A stretch of DNA of 34,501 nt from Alphaproteobacteria bacterium. GTDB lineage: Bacteria > Pseudomonadota > Alphaproteobacteria > CAAGCB01 > CAG-977. A model generated the notes under the pieces. That model saw only the letters and a program-made list of their open reading frames with translations, was not told the origin of the DNA and ran no database searches. Below are positions 1 through 8,284 of the stretch, in pieces (the stretch's first letter is position 1; each line of letters begins with the position of its first letter). The position numbers were made by a program, and so were the translations under genes. The stretch covers positions 930-35,430 of the forward strand of contig JAJXEL010000002.1 of assembly GCA_021639925.1 (NCBI GenBank), read 5' to 3'.

Positions 1-55
1 CTTTTTCTTCTTGGCTCATAGGAACACCTAAGCAATTTTGGACAGGATACTGACT
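1..55. repeat. copy 1 of a perfect 55-bp direct repeat (ctttttcttcttggctcataggaacacctaagcaattttggacaggatactgact)
   Basis: Identical to 331-385. The sequences diverge at nt 56 versus nt 386. Confidence 0.95.
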
Positions 56-349
56 TATTGCGCCATACCATTTTTTGCGGGCTTCACCTTCGCCGCCGTA
101 TTGATATGCTTCAATAACCCCCAGTTTTTCAACAAGTTTCCGAATTTCTGAAGCAAAAGGAGATGTCTCTCCTTTTTTTGCTTTTGTTTCTCCCTTTTTG
201 GGGGATGGAGACGGTTTATGATAAACGTTAATCATAACAAAGCCATTGCCGACAATATTACCATCACCCGTTACATTGTTTGATGTAGGAGTGTTCGGAA
301 CGCTATCTTTGAACAGGTTAATAATATTGTCTTTTTCTTCTTGGCTCAT
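1..349 (-). CDS. hypothetical protein absent from the supplied ORF track; open to the left window edge, so the C-terminus is missing
   Basis: ATG at 349 (rc of cat 347-349) with AGGTG 5 nt upstream, starting 9 nt after the repressor stop on the same strand. Hand translation: MSQEEKDNIINLFKDSVPNTPTSNNVTGDGNIVGNGFVMINVYHKPSPSPKKGETKAKKGETSPFASEIRKLVEKLGVIEAYQYGGEGEARKKWYGAISQYPVQNCLGVPMSQEEK. There is no in-frame stop down to nt 2. I recognise no family. Confidence 0.4.
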   Translation of the reverse strand, partial: MSQEEKDNIINLFKDSVPNTPTSNNVTGDGNIVGNGFVMINVYHKPSPSPKKGETKAKKGETSPFASEIRKLVEKLGVIEAYQYGGEGEARKKWYGAISQYPVQNCLGVPMSQEEK

Positions 350-385
350 AGGAACACCTAAGCAATTTTGGACAGGATACTGACT
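331..385. repeat. copy 2 of the 55-bp direct repeat; spans the last 8 codons and stop of the repressor, the RBS, and the first 6 codons of the downstream ORF
   Basis: Identical to 1-55. The offset is exactly 330 bp, a multiple of 3. Confidence 0.95.
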
Positions 386-780
386 ATCTGTGCAGATGAA
401 GGCTTGTTTTCAGACGTAAAAAGGTCATATATAGCTAAAATAAGCTCCGCTTTTTTAGCGGGATTTAAAGCTCTATTCGTTGCAGTTAAAGATTCTTCAA
501 CGGTTTCAATGGCTGAGAGCAATTCCTTTCTGTTCGGTTTTACAGACGTTCCCTCAGAAAATTCTCTTCCCGTAGCCAACCAGTCCAAACTTACACCAGC
601 AACGTTTGCCAAAGAAGCAACCGCTTTAAAAGAGGGTTTTGCTTTTCCGTCTCTCCATTTCGCAACTTGTTCAGCCGTCACCCCGGCTATTTGCGCTGCA
701 TTTTGAAGTGTTCCGATTCTGTTAAGAACAGTTTTAAAGCCAGTTTCAAAATAATCATCGTTACTTGAAACTTTTGTCAT
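358..780 (-). CDS. prophage repressor, CI/XRE-type helix-turn-helix, no S24 peptidase domain (140 aa from the ATG)
   Basis: HTH segment LQNAAQIAGVTAEQVAKWRDGKAKPSFKAVASLANVAGVSLDWLATG. It is divergent from ner across an operator-rich AT-rich intergenic region. The ATG at 780 has AGGA upstream, whereas the track start at 786 is TTG. Confidence 0.75.
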   Translation of the reverse strand: MTKVSSNDDYFETGFKTVLNRIGTLQNAAQIAGVTAEQVAKWRDGKAKPSFKAVASLANVAGVSLDWLATGREFSEGTSVKPNRKELLSAIETVEESLTATNRALNPAKKAELILAIYDLFTSENKPSSAQIVSILSKIA

Positions 781-799
781 CGACAAAAATCCTTTTTCA

Positions 800-905
800 A
801 AAAGAAATATATCGTTTTAAATCATATATTTAAGACAAAAAACGATACAATCCAACTTTAAACTCGATTTTTATCGTTGACTGTATCGATAAAAATCGAT
901 ATGTT
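800..905. promoter_or_regulatory. immunity operator / divergent promoter region
   Basis: Inverted repeat tatcgtttt (810-818) / aaaacgata (839-847). 13-bp inverted repeat tcgatttttatcg (864-876) / cgataaaaatcga (887-899). The TATCG(T/A)T motif recurs at least five times. A rightward promoter-like TTGACT (877-882) - 17 nt - TATGTT (900-905) has one repeat arm in its spacer. Confidence 0.6.
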
Positions 906-938
906 GATTATACAAAGTTAATTTAACACCCCAGAAAA

Positions 939-960
939 AACCGACTTGGCAGAGTCGGTT
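939..960 (-). terminator. 8-bp hairpin in the ner leader; terminator-like only when read on the minus strand
   Basis: aaccgact (939-946) pairs with agtcggtt (953-960), loop tggcag. An A-run sits on the + strand 5' side, which is a T-run after the hairpin on the minus strand. Confidence 0.3.
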
Positions 961-983
961 AGAACGGAGGACGGAGACACGTT

Positions 984-1265
984 ATGAGATACACGGCGGT
1001 ACAGATCAAATGCAAAATCCTGCTTAAAGGAATGACGTTAAAAAGTCTTTCACTAAAAGCCGGATTATCTGCCCGAGCCTGTTCGGTTGCTCTCATTAAG
1101 CCGTTCCCTGCCGCAGAAGAAGCTATCGCCGAATTTTTAGGCATTCCTGCCCGACAACTTTGGCCAAACCGCTTTAATGCGGACGGGAGCCGCAAATGTT
1201 CCCGACTTTCTAAATATAACGGGATTCGCATTTTTCGGCAATGTCAAAACGACAAGGCGGCTTAA
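984..1265 (+). CDS. ner: Ner-like DNA-binding protein (Mu Ner/Nlp family)
   Basis: IKCKILLKGMTLKSLSLKAGLSARACSVALIKPFPAAEEAIAEFLGIPARQLWPNRF resembles the Ner/Nlp HTH and the conserved IWPSRY-type C-terminal motif. It is the first rightward gene, opposite the repressor. Confidence 0.75.
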   Translation: MRYTAVQIKCKILLKGMTLKSLSLKAGLSARACSVALIKPFPAAEEAIAEFLGIPARQLWPNRFNADGSRKCSRLSKYNGIRIFRQCQNDKAA

Positions 1266-1279
1266 ACATGGAGGATAAA

Positions 1280-1594
1280 ATGGTTAAAACGTACATATCG
1301 TCCAACATTCTGGATTATCAGTGCAACGGTTTTCAATTTATCTGCCGTGCAAAAGATTTACAGAAACTGGCTAAGACCGGTGATTATCAGGCCATTATCT
1401 TGGATCGTCTGGAAATAGATTTCGGATTCAATGACATCATAGGTATCACGGAATACGATGTGGACGTGATACCGGTTTCAGGCGGTATAAAGAAACGCTA
1501 CAAATCAGAACGGCATTATTTTTCTTCTTATAAAGAAGCCCGCAGTTTCATTGAAAAGTTATTGATCACGCATTTAACAGAAAATGAAGGTTAA
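1280..1594 (+). CDS. hypothetical early protein (104 aa)
   Basis: ORF with GGAGGA 5 nt upstream of the ATG at 1280. The track start at 1241 overlaps ner. Confidence 0.5.
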   Translation: MVKTYISSNILDYQCNGFQFICRAKDLQKLAKTGDYQAIILDRLEIDFGFNDIIGITEYDVDVIPVSGGIKKRYKSERHYFSSYKEARSFIEKLLITHLTENEG

Positions 1595-2063
1595 AGCGAT
1601 GTCAAAGAAATTCAAAGACACACAGACGCTTGATTTATTTGAACAGGTTTATCCTGTCCGCAGACCGCCGGTGATCTCCCACACCGTTGATTTGAGCGGC
1701 AAGATCAAGCGTTTGGTGTCTTTGATTTTAAAAGAGAGCCCTAAAAGCAGAGAGCAACTGGCTGCCGAAATGTCGGAAGCTATGGATTGCCCGTCTTTTA
1801 GTAAGGCGATGTTGGACAATTATTCCAGCGAAGCCAACGAGCTCCATCAAATTCCTTTGTATCGCTTTATCGTCCTCGTCCGCGTGGCAGATGCCGCGTG
1901 GGCGTGGGACGAATTGTTAAAAGACGAAGGCTTTACCGTTTTGTTTGGAGACGAAGCTCTTTTAGCTGAACGCGGTCGTGTTGCCCAACAAATTGAAGAA
2001 TTGAAAAAATATCAAAAAGAATTGAACTCGGTTGCGCCCGTTAAAATACGGAGGCGGTCATGA
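1584..2063 (+). CDS. hypothetical early protein (alternative start ATG 1599)
   Basis: Uninterrupted ORF whose stop overlaps the MuA start (ATGA at 2060-2063). No family recognised. Confidence 0.5.
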   Translation: MKVKAMSKKFKDTQTLDLFEQVYPVRRPPVISHTVDLSGKIKRLVSLILKESPKSREQLAAEMSEAMDCPSFSKAMLDNYSSEANELHQIPLYRFIVLVRVADAAWAWDELLKDEGFTVLFGDEALLAERGRVAQQIEELKKYQKELNSVAPVKIRRRS

Positions 2064-4129
2064 AAGAATGGTTCACGCCGTTAGAATTAGCAGAGTTAAA
2101 TCTGCCGAGTTTGCCTAAAACGACACAAGGAATGTCTAAAAAGGCCGATACCGAACACTGGCAATCGCGTCCTCGTTGCGGTCGCGGCGGCGGCAAAGAA
2201 TATAACATATCGAGCTTACCCGCTAAAGCCAAAGAAGAATTGGCGCGCCGTTCATTGTCAAGCGTTCCGGAACGCCGGTCAAAGGCCGTGATAGAACGTC
2301 CTGATGACGCCGATCTGTCCGAAGCCAAAGCATGGCAACGTGAAACAGCTGAAGCGCGGGCGGCGGTTTTGGATGCGATTGACAATCTGGCGGTAACGTG
2401 CGGAAAAAATAATGCGATTAAAGCCGTTTTAAACGGACTTAAAAACGGAACGTTGGAACCGTCTTTCATTGAACTGATCCGCAAAGCGAACGCAAAGACC
2501 GGCGAAACGGTCAAATTATCCCGCGCCAGCTTGTTTAATTGGTACAAACTGCGTGAAACGGCAGGCTTAAAAGGATTGATGCCCACCCCTGCCAAAGATG
2601 AACAGATTGTTGCGCCGGAATGGTTTGAATCGTTCGCCCGTTTGTATTTCAGACCGCAAAAGCCGTCTTTGATGTCCTGTATTGAAATAATGCAGGAAAA
2701 TATGCCCGCGCTTGCCCCAAGTTACAGACAGGCGAAATTTTACCTTGAAAAAATCGGGAAACTGCTGGCGAACAAAGGACGTGTCGGCGCGCGTGAAGGG
2801 AAAGCTTTTCGGGCTTACGTTTCCCGCGACGTATCGCATTTATGGCCGGGGGCGATTTACTGCGCCGACGGACATACGTTCGATGCTGAAATCGCGCACC
2901 CGATCCACGGCAAGCCGTTCCGCCCCGAAGTCACGACGATTATAGACGTATATACCCGCAAAGCCGTCGGGTTCAGTTTGAACATCGTCGAATCGACCGC
3001 GTCCGTTATGGACAGCTTGATCCATGCAGTCACAACAAACGGTATTCCGGACGTGTTTTATGTCGATAACGGCAACGGCTTTAATAATACGACGGTTGAT
3101 ATGTTCTGCGCCCGTTTGGGTATCACGAAAAAGAACAGCATTGCCTACAATTCCCAAGCACGCGGCGTGATTGAGCGTTTGCATCAGACGATTTGGGTCA
3201 AAGCGGCGAAAATGCTTCCGACTTACATGGGCAAACCGATGGATCCGGAAGCCAAGCAAAAGGTTTTTCATATCAACCGCCGCGAAGTCAAACAAGACGG
3301 ACGAAGCCGTTTATTACCGGATTGGCAGGGTTTTGTCGCATATTGCGAACGGTGTTTTGACGCCTATAACGATCACCCGCATTCTTTTTTGCCGGTCATT
3401 GTAGATTCTGAAACAGGCAGAAAACGTCACATGACGCCGAACGAAGCTTGGGAAGCGGGAAATCCTGAATTTCCCGATTATCGTCCCGACGTGCTAACGC
3501 CGGCGGAAACAGATGATTTATCGCGTCCTTACGTTGTCCGTAAATGTTCGCGCTGTTTGGTCAGCCTGTTTAATAACGTGTACGGTTCGCATCTGCTGAC
3601 ACATTACCACGATGAACAGGTTGCCGTCGGCTTTAACATTCATGATGCGTCAAAAGTATGGGTGCGCGAATGGGACGGGAAACTTCCGGGACGTTTAATT
3701 TGCGTCGCCCGTTTTGAAGAAAACAAACGCGCCTTCATGCCCGTATCTTATGACGACAAGAAGAAATTACAAAGGGCGCAGGGACGGCTTGCGCGTCTTG
3801 ATGAACAGCAGAAAGAAGTCTTGGAAGAATTGGGACAAAGGTATTTGCCTGCCCCCGAAACCGTGCCCGTGACGGCAGAAGAAGCCGCCAAAAACGAAGA
3901 ATTTTTAAAAGAATTTGAGGAAGAGCAGAACGCTCAATCCGTTGCCGATATTGACACGCCTGCGGCTTGGTTCCGCAAGGCCGTCAATATCAAGCAAAAA
4001 ATCGATAACGGAGAAAGTATTGATCCGGAAGATCGTCGTTGGTTCGCCAAATATTCCAAGTCACCCGAATACATTCAACGCATGGATTTTGCGCATGATT
4101 TCGGTATGGAAGCGGCTCTGACGGCATAA
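2060..4129 (+). CDS. A: Mu-type DDE transposase (MuA-like)
   Basis: N-terminal Mu-type DNA-binding segment (EWFTPLELAELNLPSLPKTTQGMSKKA). DDE core blocks IYCADGHTFD, FYVDNGNGF and RGVIERLHQTIW. 689 aa, GGAGG RBS, positioned before the MuB-like ATPase. Confidence 0.9.
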   Translation: MKEWFTPLELAELNLPSLPKTTQGMSKKADTEHWQSRPRCGRGGGKEYNISSLPAKAKEELARRSLSSVPERRSKAVIERPDDADLSEAKAWQRETAEARAAVLDAIDNLAVTCGKNNAIKAVLNGLKNGTLEPSFIELIRKANAKTGETVKLSRASLFNWYKLRETAGLKGLMPTPAKDEQIVAPEWFESFARLYFRPQKPSLMSCIEIMQENMPALAPSYRQAKFYLEKIGKLLANKGRVGAREGKAFRAYVSRDVSHLWPGAIYCADGHTFDAEIAHPIHGKPFRPEVTTIIDVYTRKAVGFSLNIVESTASVMDSLIHAVTTNGIPDVFYVDNGNGFNNTTVDMFCARLGITKKNSIAYNSQARGVIERLHQTIWVKAAKMLPTYMGKPMDPEAKQKVFHINRREVKQDGRSRLLPDWQGFVAYCERCFDAYNDHPHSFLPVIVDSETGRKRHMTPNEAWEAGNPEFPDYRPDVLTPAETDDLSRPYVVRKCSRCLVSLFNNVYGSHLLTHYHDEQVAVGFNIHDASKVWVREWDGKLPGRLICVARFEENKRAFMPVSYDDKKKLQRAQGRLARLDEQQKEVLEELGQRYLPAPETVPVTAEEAAKNEEFLKEFEEEQNAQSVADIDTPAAWFRKAVNIKQKIDNGESIDPEDRRWFAKYSKSPEYIQRMDFAHDFGMEAALTA

Positions 4130-4133
4130 AAAA

Positions 4134-4158
4134 GGCGGCGTCCTTTCGGACAACCGCC
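4134..4158 (+). promoter_or_regulatory. GC-rich bulged hairpin between the A and B genes, no T-run; function unknown
   Basis: ggcgg (4134-4138) pairs with ccgcc (4154-4158). The inner stem gtcc (4140-4143) pairs with ggac (4148-4151), loop tttc. Confidence 0.3.
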
Positions 4159-4178
4159 AACCACAAAACAAAGGAAGA

Positions 4179-4922
4179 ATGACAAAAATGAATGAAACTG
4201 TCAAGAACACTATAGCCCCGCTTCGCAATGTCGCGTTATTGAACGAGCTGGTCTATCGCGTCAAAAACCGCGATTACGGATTGCCCGGCATGGCGACTTT
4301 TTACGGATTTTCGGGGTATGGCAAGACGTTCGCGGCAATTTACGCGGCGAACAAGCACAAAGCCTATCACGTCCAAGTCAAAAGCGTTTGGACGCCGAAA
4401 AAGCTCTGCGCTTCGATTTTGGGTGAAATGGGCATTCAGCCGGCTTACACAATTCCCGACATGATGGATCAGATCGGCGAAGAACTCTCACTTTCCCAAC
4501 GTCCTTTAATCATAGATGAAGCGGATTTCTTGGTTCAAAAGCGTATGATTGAAGTTGTACGCGATATTTACGAAAGTTCGCAGGCCACAATCATTTTGAT
4601 CGGCGAAGAAGCAATGCCGGTCAAGCTTCAAAAGTGGGAACGTGTCCACGGGCGTATGCTTGACTGGGTGGCGGCGCAACCGGCGTCAATCGACGACGTT
4701 AAACATCTGGCTAAATTGTATGCGAACGGCGTTACGGTAGAGCAGGATTTATGTGAAAAAATCTTAAAAGAAAGTGCGGGATCCGTCCGCCGAGTTTGTG
4801 TCAACCTTGACCGCGTGCGTGAATTTGCAACGACAAAAGGGTTGAAAACAGTCGGTTCGGCTGATTATCAGCGCGATTTCTTTACGGGCGTGCCTCCGAT
4901 GGCGCGGAAAGCGGGGCTGTGA
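4179..4922 (+). CDS. B: MuB-like AAA+ transposition ATPase
   Basis: Walker A GFSGYGKTFA and Walker B LIIDEADFL. 247 aa, immediately downstream of the transposase. Confidence 0.85.
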   Translation: MTKMNETVKNTIAPLRNVALLNELVYRVKNRDYGLPGMATFYGFSGYGKTFAAIYAANKHKAYHVQVKSVWTPKKLCASILGEMGIQPAYTIPDMMDQIGEELSLSQRPLIIDEADFLVQKRMIEVVRDIYESSQATIILIGEEAMPVKLQKWERVHGRMLDWVAAQPASIDDVKHLAKLYANGVTVEQDLCEKILKESAGSVRRVCVNLDRVREFATTKGLKTVGSADYQRDFFTGVPPMARKAGL

Positions 4923-5506
4923 TGGCAAATAAACCGATACACCTGCGCATGAAAGCCAAAAATCCCTGCGGCCGTCAGGCAATGTGGGAAGCAATCAGGG
5001 CAAATAAAGACGGATTTACTTTTCGGGCAATCGTTGACAGCTTTTCTGACCTGAATGCGGCGACATTTCGTACATATCTGCGCGGCCTTGTTAAAGCCGG
5101 TTTTGTTGAAATGTCCGACAAAGAACGCTATCAGCCCGCTACGTTCAAATTGATTAAAGACGTTGGCATTAACGCCCCGAAAGTCAATCGGTACGGTCAG
5201 TTTGTAAAGCAGGGACAAGGCAACGAACAAATGTGGCGGGCGATGAAAATGTTAAAGCAATTCAAGCTGTCAGATTTGCAGGTTGCCGCCGGAACGGAAG
5301 AATGTTCAATAAGTTTTGAAACGGCCAGAAGTTATGTTTCCGCGCTTTATAAAGCAGGATATTTGAAGCGCCTGGACGACGGAACTTACTGTTTTATTGC
5401 CTCACGTTACACGGGGCCGCGCGCGCCGATGATCCAGCGATTAAAAACCGTATTCGATCCGAATTTGCAAAAGATCGTCTGGCAGCAGGAGGCAAGCGAT
5501 GACTGA
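4922..5506 (+). CDS. hypothetical early protein with two tandem winged-helix-like modules
   Basis: Internal repeat: MWEAIRANKDGFTFRAIV...TYLRGLVKAGFVEM versus MWRAMKMLKQFKLSDLQ...SYVSALYKAGYLKRL. The ATG at 4922 overlaps the MuB TGA. Confidence 0.5.
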   Translation: MANKPIHLRMKAKNPCGRQAMWEAIRANKDGFTFRAIVDSFSDLNAATFRTYLRGLVKAGFVEMSDKERYQPATFKLIKDVGINAPKVNRYGQFVKQGQGNEQMWRAMKMLKQFKLSDLQVAAGTEECSISFETARSYVSALYKAGYLKRLDDGTYCFIASRYTGPRAPMIQRLKTVFDPNLQKIVWQQEASDD

Positions 5507-5816
5507 TTGGATTTCCGAATTAAAAGCCGAATGCGCCAAGACTTCCCAAGCCAAAGTCGCCAAAGAAATGGGCTATTCCGCCGCGACGATCAGCCTTGTT
5601 TTAAAAGGACGCTATGCGGGTGATTTAAGTGCCGTTGAACGCACGTTTAACGGATGCTTTAAAAACGCTTTGCTGATTTGCCCGGTCTTGGGCGAGCTCT
5701 CCGTCGACCGTTGCATTCGTTACCAAAAACAAAAATTTTCCGCCGTTAATCCGCAACGCGTGGCTCTTTATAAAGCCTGTCGCAACGGCTGCCCTCACTT
5801 TAAAAAAGGAGAATGA
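5499..5816 (+). CDS. HTH DNA-binding protein, early region
   Basis: QAKVAKEMGYSAATISLVLKGRY is an HTH-like segment followed by a Cys-containing tail. GGAGG RBS. Confidence 0.5.
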   Translation: MTDWISELKAECAKTSQAKVAKEMGYSAATISLVLKGRYAGDLSAVERTFNGCFKNALLICPVLGELSVDRCIRYQKQKFSAVNPQRVALYKACRNGCPHFKKGE

Positions 5817-5817
5817 A

Positions 5818-6111
5818 ATGCCTTTAAACTCCACCTTATCCCAACAGATTTTCGGCGTGATTTCCGCGCTGACAAGAGAATACGGGAAAGAACCGCATGG
5901 ATTTATTCCGCCTTCAATCATGGACAGAGAAATCAAAAAGCTGATCCGCATCAAAAACGAAGTCGCCGTTTTGGAAAGCGAGCTCGCCGACAAAGCGGGC
6001 GTATCAAAAGAAACCGTTGCGGTTGCCGTTCGCCTGCGTCATCTGGGCGTTGTACCGGGGACAGTATATAGCAAAGGAAACGACAATGACGATCTTCCGC
6101 CGGCTGCTTAG
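5818..6111 (+). CDS. hypothetical early protein (97 aa)
   Basis: ORF with AAAGGAGA RBS, tightly coupled to the upstream gene. Confidence 0.5.
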   Translation: MPLNSTLSQQIFGVISALTREYGKEPHGFIPPSIMDREIKKLIRIKNEVAVLESELADKAGVSKETVAVAVRLRHLGVVPGTVYSKGNDNDDLPPAA

Positions 6112-6230
6112 AGGCGAGCCGCCCCGGGCGAAACGTCTGCCCGACGGGATGTTAAAGACGCTTTGGCAAACAATCCGGTTTTTAATTTTTAAAGTTACAC
6201 ACAAACCACCCATCAGAGAAAGGAAATAAT

Positions 6231-6851
6231 ATGGAAACAGAAACTCAAATCCCCGCGGGCTACATGAAAGATGCTGCCGGTCGTTTGGTTCCCGAAAGCA
6301 TTGTCAAACCGACGGAAAAGCTTGAAGACCAGTTAGTCACGAAAATTATGGATTACGCCCGCGCATTGTCCAATCAGATTACACGTTTTAAAGGACATAC
6401 GGGCGACGACATCGCGGCTTACCTATCTTTAATTGATGAAAAGTACGGCGTCAAAAAAGGCGGTCGCAAAGGAAACATGACGTTTCAGACGTATGACGGT
6501 TTGAAAAAGGTTCAGGTTGCCATTTCCGAAAACATTGTTTTCGGCGCGGAACTTCAAACCGCGAAAAACTTAATCGACGAATGCATCAATGAATGGGGTG
6601 CGGACAGCCGCCCGGAGATTGTTACTCTGATCGATCACGCTTTCCAAGTGGACAAGGAAGGCAAAATCAACCGCAACGCTTTGTTGTCGCTTCGGCGTTT
6701 GGACATCAAAGACGAAACGTGGCAGAGCGCGATGCGGGCAATTACGGACAGCATTCGCATTGACGGATCCAAACAGTATTACCGTTTTTATGAAAGGGAC
6801 ACGGCGGAATCTCCGTGGCGCGCCGTAACGGTCGATTTGGCAAAGGCGTAA
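6231..6851 (+). CDS. DUF3164-like Mu early protein
   Basis: The N-terminus IPAGYMKDAAGRLVPESIVKP and the overall length (206 aa) match my recollection of the DUF3164 family common in Mu-like phages. Not verified by search. Confidence 0.55.
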   Translation: METETQIPAGYMKDAAGRLVPESIVKPTEKLEDQLVTKIMDYARALSNQITRFKGHTGDDIAAYLSLIDEKYGVKKGGRKGNMTFQTYDGLKKVQVAISENIVFGAELQTAKNLIDECINEWGADSRPEIVTLIDHAFQVDKEGKINRNALLSLRRLDIKDETWQSAMRAITDSIRIDGSKQYYRFYERDTAESPWRAVTVDLAKA

Positions 6852-6862
6852 AGGAAAAACAG

Positions 6863-7009
6863 ATGAGAAAAGTTCTTGAATACATCTGTATTGCCGCTTG
6901 CCTGACGCTGGTTGCCTATACGTTTTATGTCGAAAGGCAAGTCGTCGCGGCGACCGAACGCGTCAACGCTACAACCAAAGAACTGCGCATAAAAGCGGAA
7001 TTGGACTGA
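6863..7009 (+). CDS. small membrane protein (48 aa)
   Basis: AAGGAAAAAC RBS then ATG at 6863. Hydrophobic helix YICIAACLTLVAYTFYV. Confidence 0.4.
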   Translation: MRKVLEYICIAACLTLVAYTFYVERQVVAATERVNATTKELRIKAELD

Positions 7010-7075
7010 TTTTCTTTCTGGGTGCGGCGGCTGTAACTCCGCCGCAGACACAAGGAAAAATGAAAGGAGAACGCC

Positions 7076-7600
7076 ATGAAAGACGACGTGCAAAACCTGA
7101 GAATCATCAAAGACTTTTTGACTGAATACAAAACGCAGTACCGCCGCGGAAACGCGATGCCGATTTATTACACAATTATGGATTACTACACTTGTTTTGT
7201 GCAAGACCGAAGCGGCGAACCGCATCTTTATGAAGACGGAAAAATGCTAAATTATGCCGATTATTGCAAAGAAAACGGCGGCCTTTTGTCGGAAGAAGAG
7301 TTTTCCGAATTGCCCGACATTGTTTACGGTTACACGGAAGAGCGCAGCTATCAACGCGGAGTGTTCCTGACCGAAAGCGACGCCGAAGAACACCTGCAAT
7401 ATAACTATTACCATTATAGCCCGAAAGCGCACACGTTTGTTGAAACAGCCTTTCGCGCCCCAAAATTAGAAGCATTTTTAAACGCCTTAATCGAATTTTT
7501 CGGCATTTCAGGCGAAGAAAAAACGCAGCCTTTATACGGCACTTATAAAAAGGCGGGAGATTATTACAAGGCCTTTTTAAAAGGAGAAAAAAATGTGTGA
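7076..7600 (+). CDS. hypothetical early protein (174 aa)
   Basis: ORF with AAGGAG RBS. No family recognised. Confidence 0.5.
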   Translation: MKDDVQNLRIIKDFLTEYKTQYRRGNAMPIYYTIMDYYTCFVQDRSGEPHLYEDGKMLNYADYCKENGGLLSEEEFSELPDIVYGYTEERSYQRGVFLTESDAEEHLQYNYYHYSPKAHTFVETAFRAPKLEAFLNALIEFFGISGEEKTQPLYGTYKKAGDYYKAFLKGEKNV

Positions 7601-7961
7601 AATAAAAATAATCGGCGATGAGATTTTAATGGGTGGAGTAAAAATCGGCAATCTTTTGCCGGATCTGTTGCCGAGCGTTCGCGTAAACGCCATAGCAAAA
7701 ATAGACGGGGCGGATGCAGAAAAGGAATGGATCGGTCGGGTTGATGAGCTTGAAGATGCTCTGCGTTATACAGAAATCGAAAAAAGCGATCTTGAAGACG
7801 ACATGGGAGATCTTCAGGAAGAAAACGAAGAACTCCGTAATGCTTTGAAAACAGCAAAAAAATATTTGGAAAAGGTTGATTGCTACCGTGAAAACATCGC
7901 GGATGAAGCCACCTATTTCCAGAAGGTGAAAATTGAAGAAGTTCTGAAAGGCAGGAAATAA
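7593..7961 (+). CDS. hypothetical coiled-coil early protein (122 aa)
   Basis: ORF with AAAGGAG RBS. Acidic heptad-like segment EDALRYTEIEKSDLEDDMGDLQEENEELRNALK. Confidence 0.5.
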   Translation: MCEIKIIGDEILMGGVKIGNLLPDLLPSVRVNAIAKIDGADAEKEWIGRVDELEDALRYTEIEKSDLEDDMGDLQEENEELRNALKTAKKYLEKVDCYRENIADEATYFQKVKIEEVLKGRK

Positions 7962-8284
7962 TGAGTGAACATTTAACTCAACAGTGGATCGTTGAAAACA
8001 AAAACAGAGCTGTTTCAGCGGAAGATTTAATCAAACAGCTGGATTTTACTTCGTATACTTACAAAAAATACGATAGTACGGTTTTTGCTATGAAAATGGG
8101 CGTTTTTAATGTCCCTCTTGTCGATAATTTAAGCAGAGATTTACATGATGGAACCCATACAGGCTATGAGGGAACGCAGGAATTTGCCGAGTGTTTAGGT
8201 AAAAGAATGGCTCTTTGCTTAAATTACTTTAAGGGTAAAACAAACAAAGAAATTGAAGAAGCTCTAAATGGCGGGGTGAAATGA
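7961..8284 (+). CDS. hypothetical early protein (107 aa)
   Basis: ORF, TAATG coupling to the upstream gene. Confidence 0.5.
   Translation: MSEHLTQQWIVENKNRAVSAEDLIKQLDFTSYTYKKYDSTVFAMKMGVFNVPLVDNLSRDLHDGTHTGYEGTQEFAECLGKRMALCLNYFKGKTNKEIEEALNGGVK

Noticed and set aside
1-357. Prophage left end (attL) with MuA binding sites within the first 357 nt
   Set aside because: I could not identify a terminal TG dinucleotide context or repeated transposase-binding motifs. The whole stretch is open as a minus-strand ORF, so the end probably lies further left.
6112-6230. 70-aa + strand ORF (6017-6229) and 69-aa minus-strand ORF (6004-6213) in the gap before the DUF3164-like gene
   Set aside because: They overlap the 3' end of the 97-aa gene and lack convincing RBS motifs. 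The composition is that of an intergenic spacer with a weak 5-bp hairpin, so they are not called.
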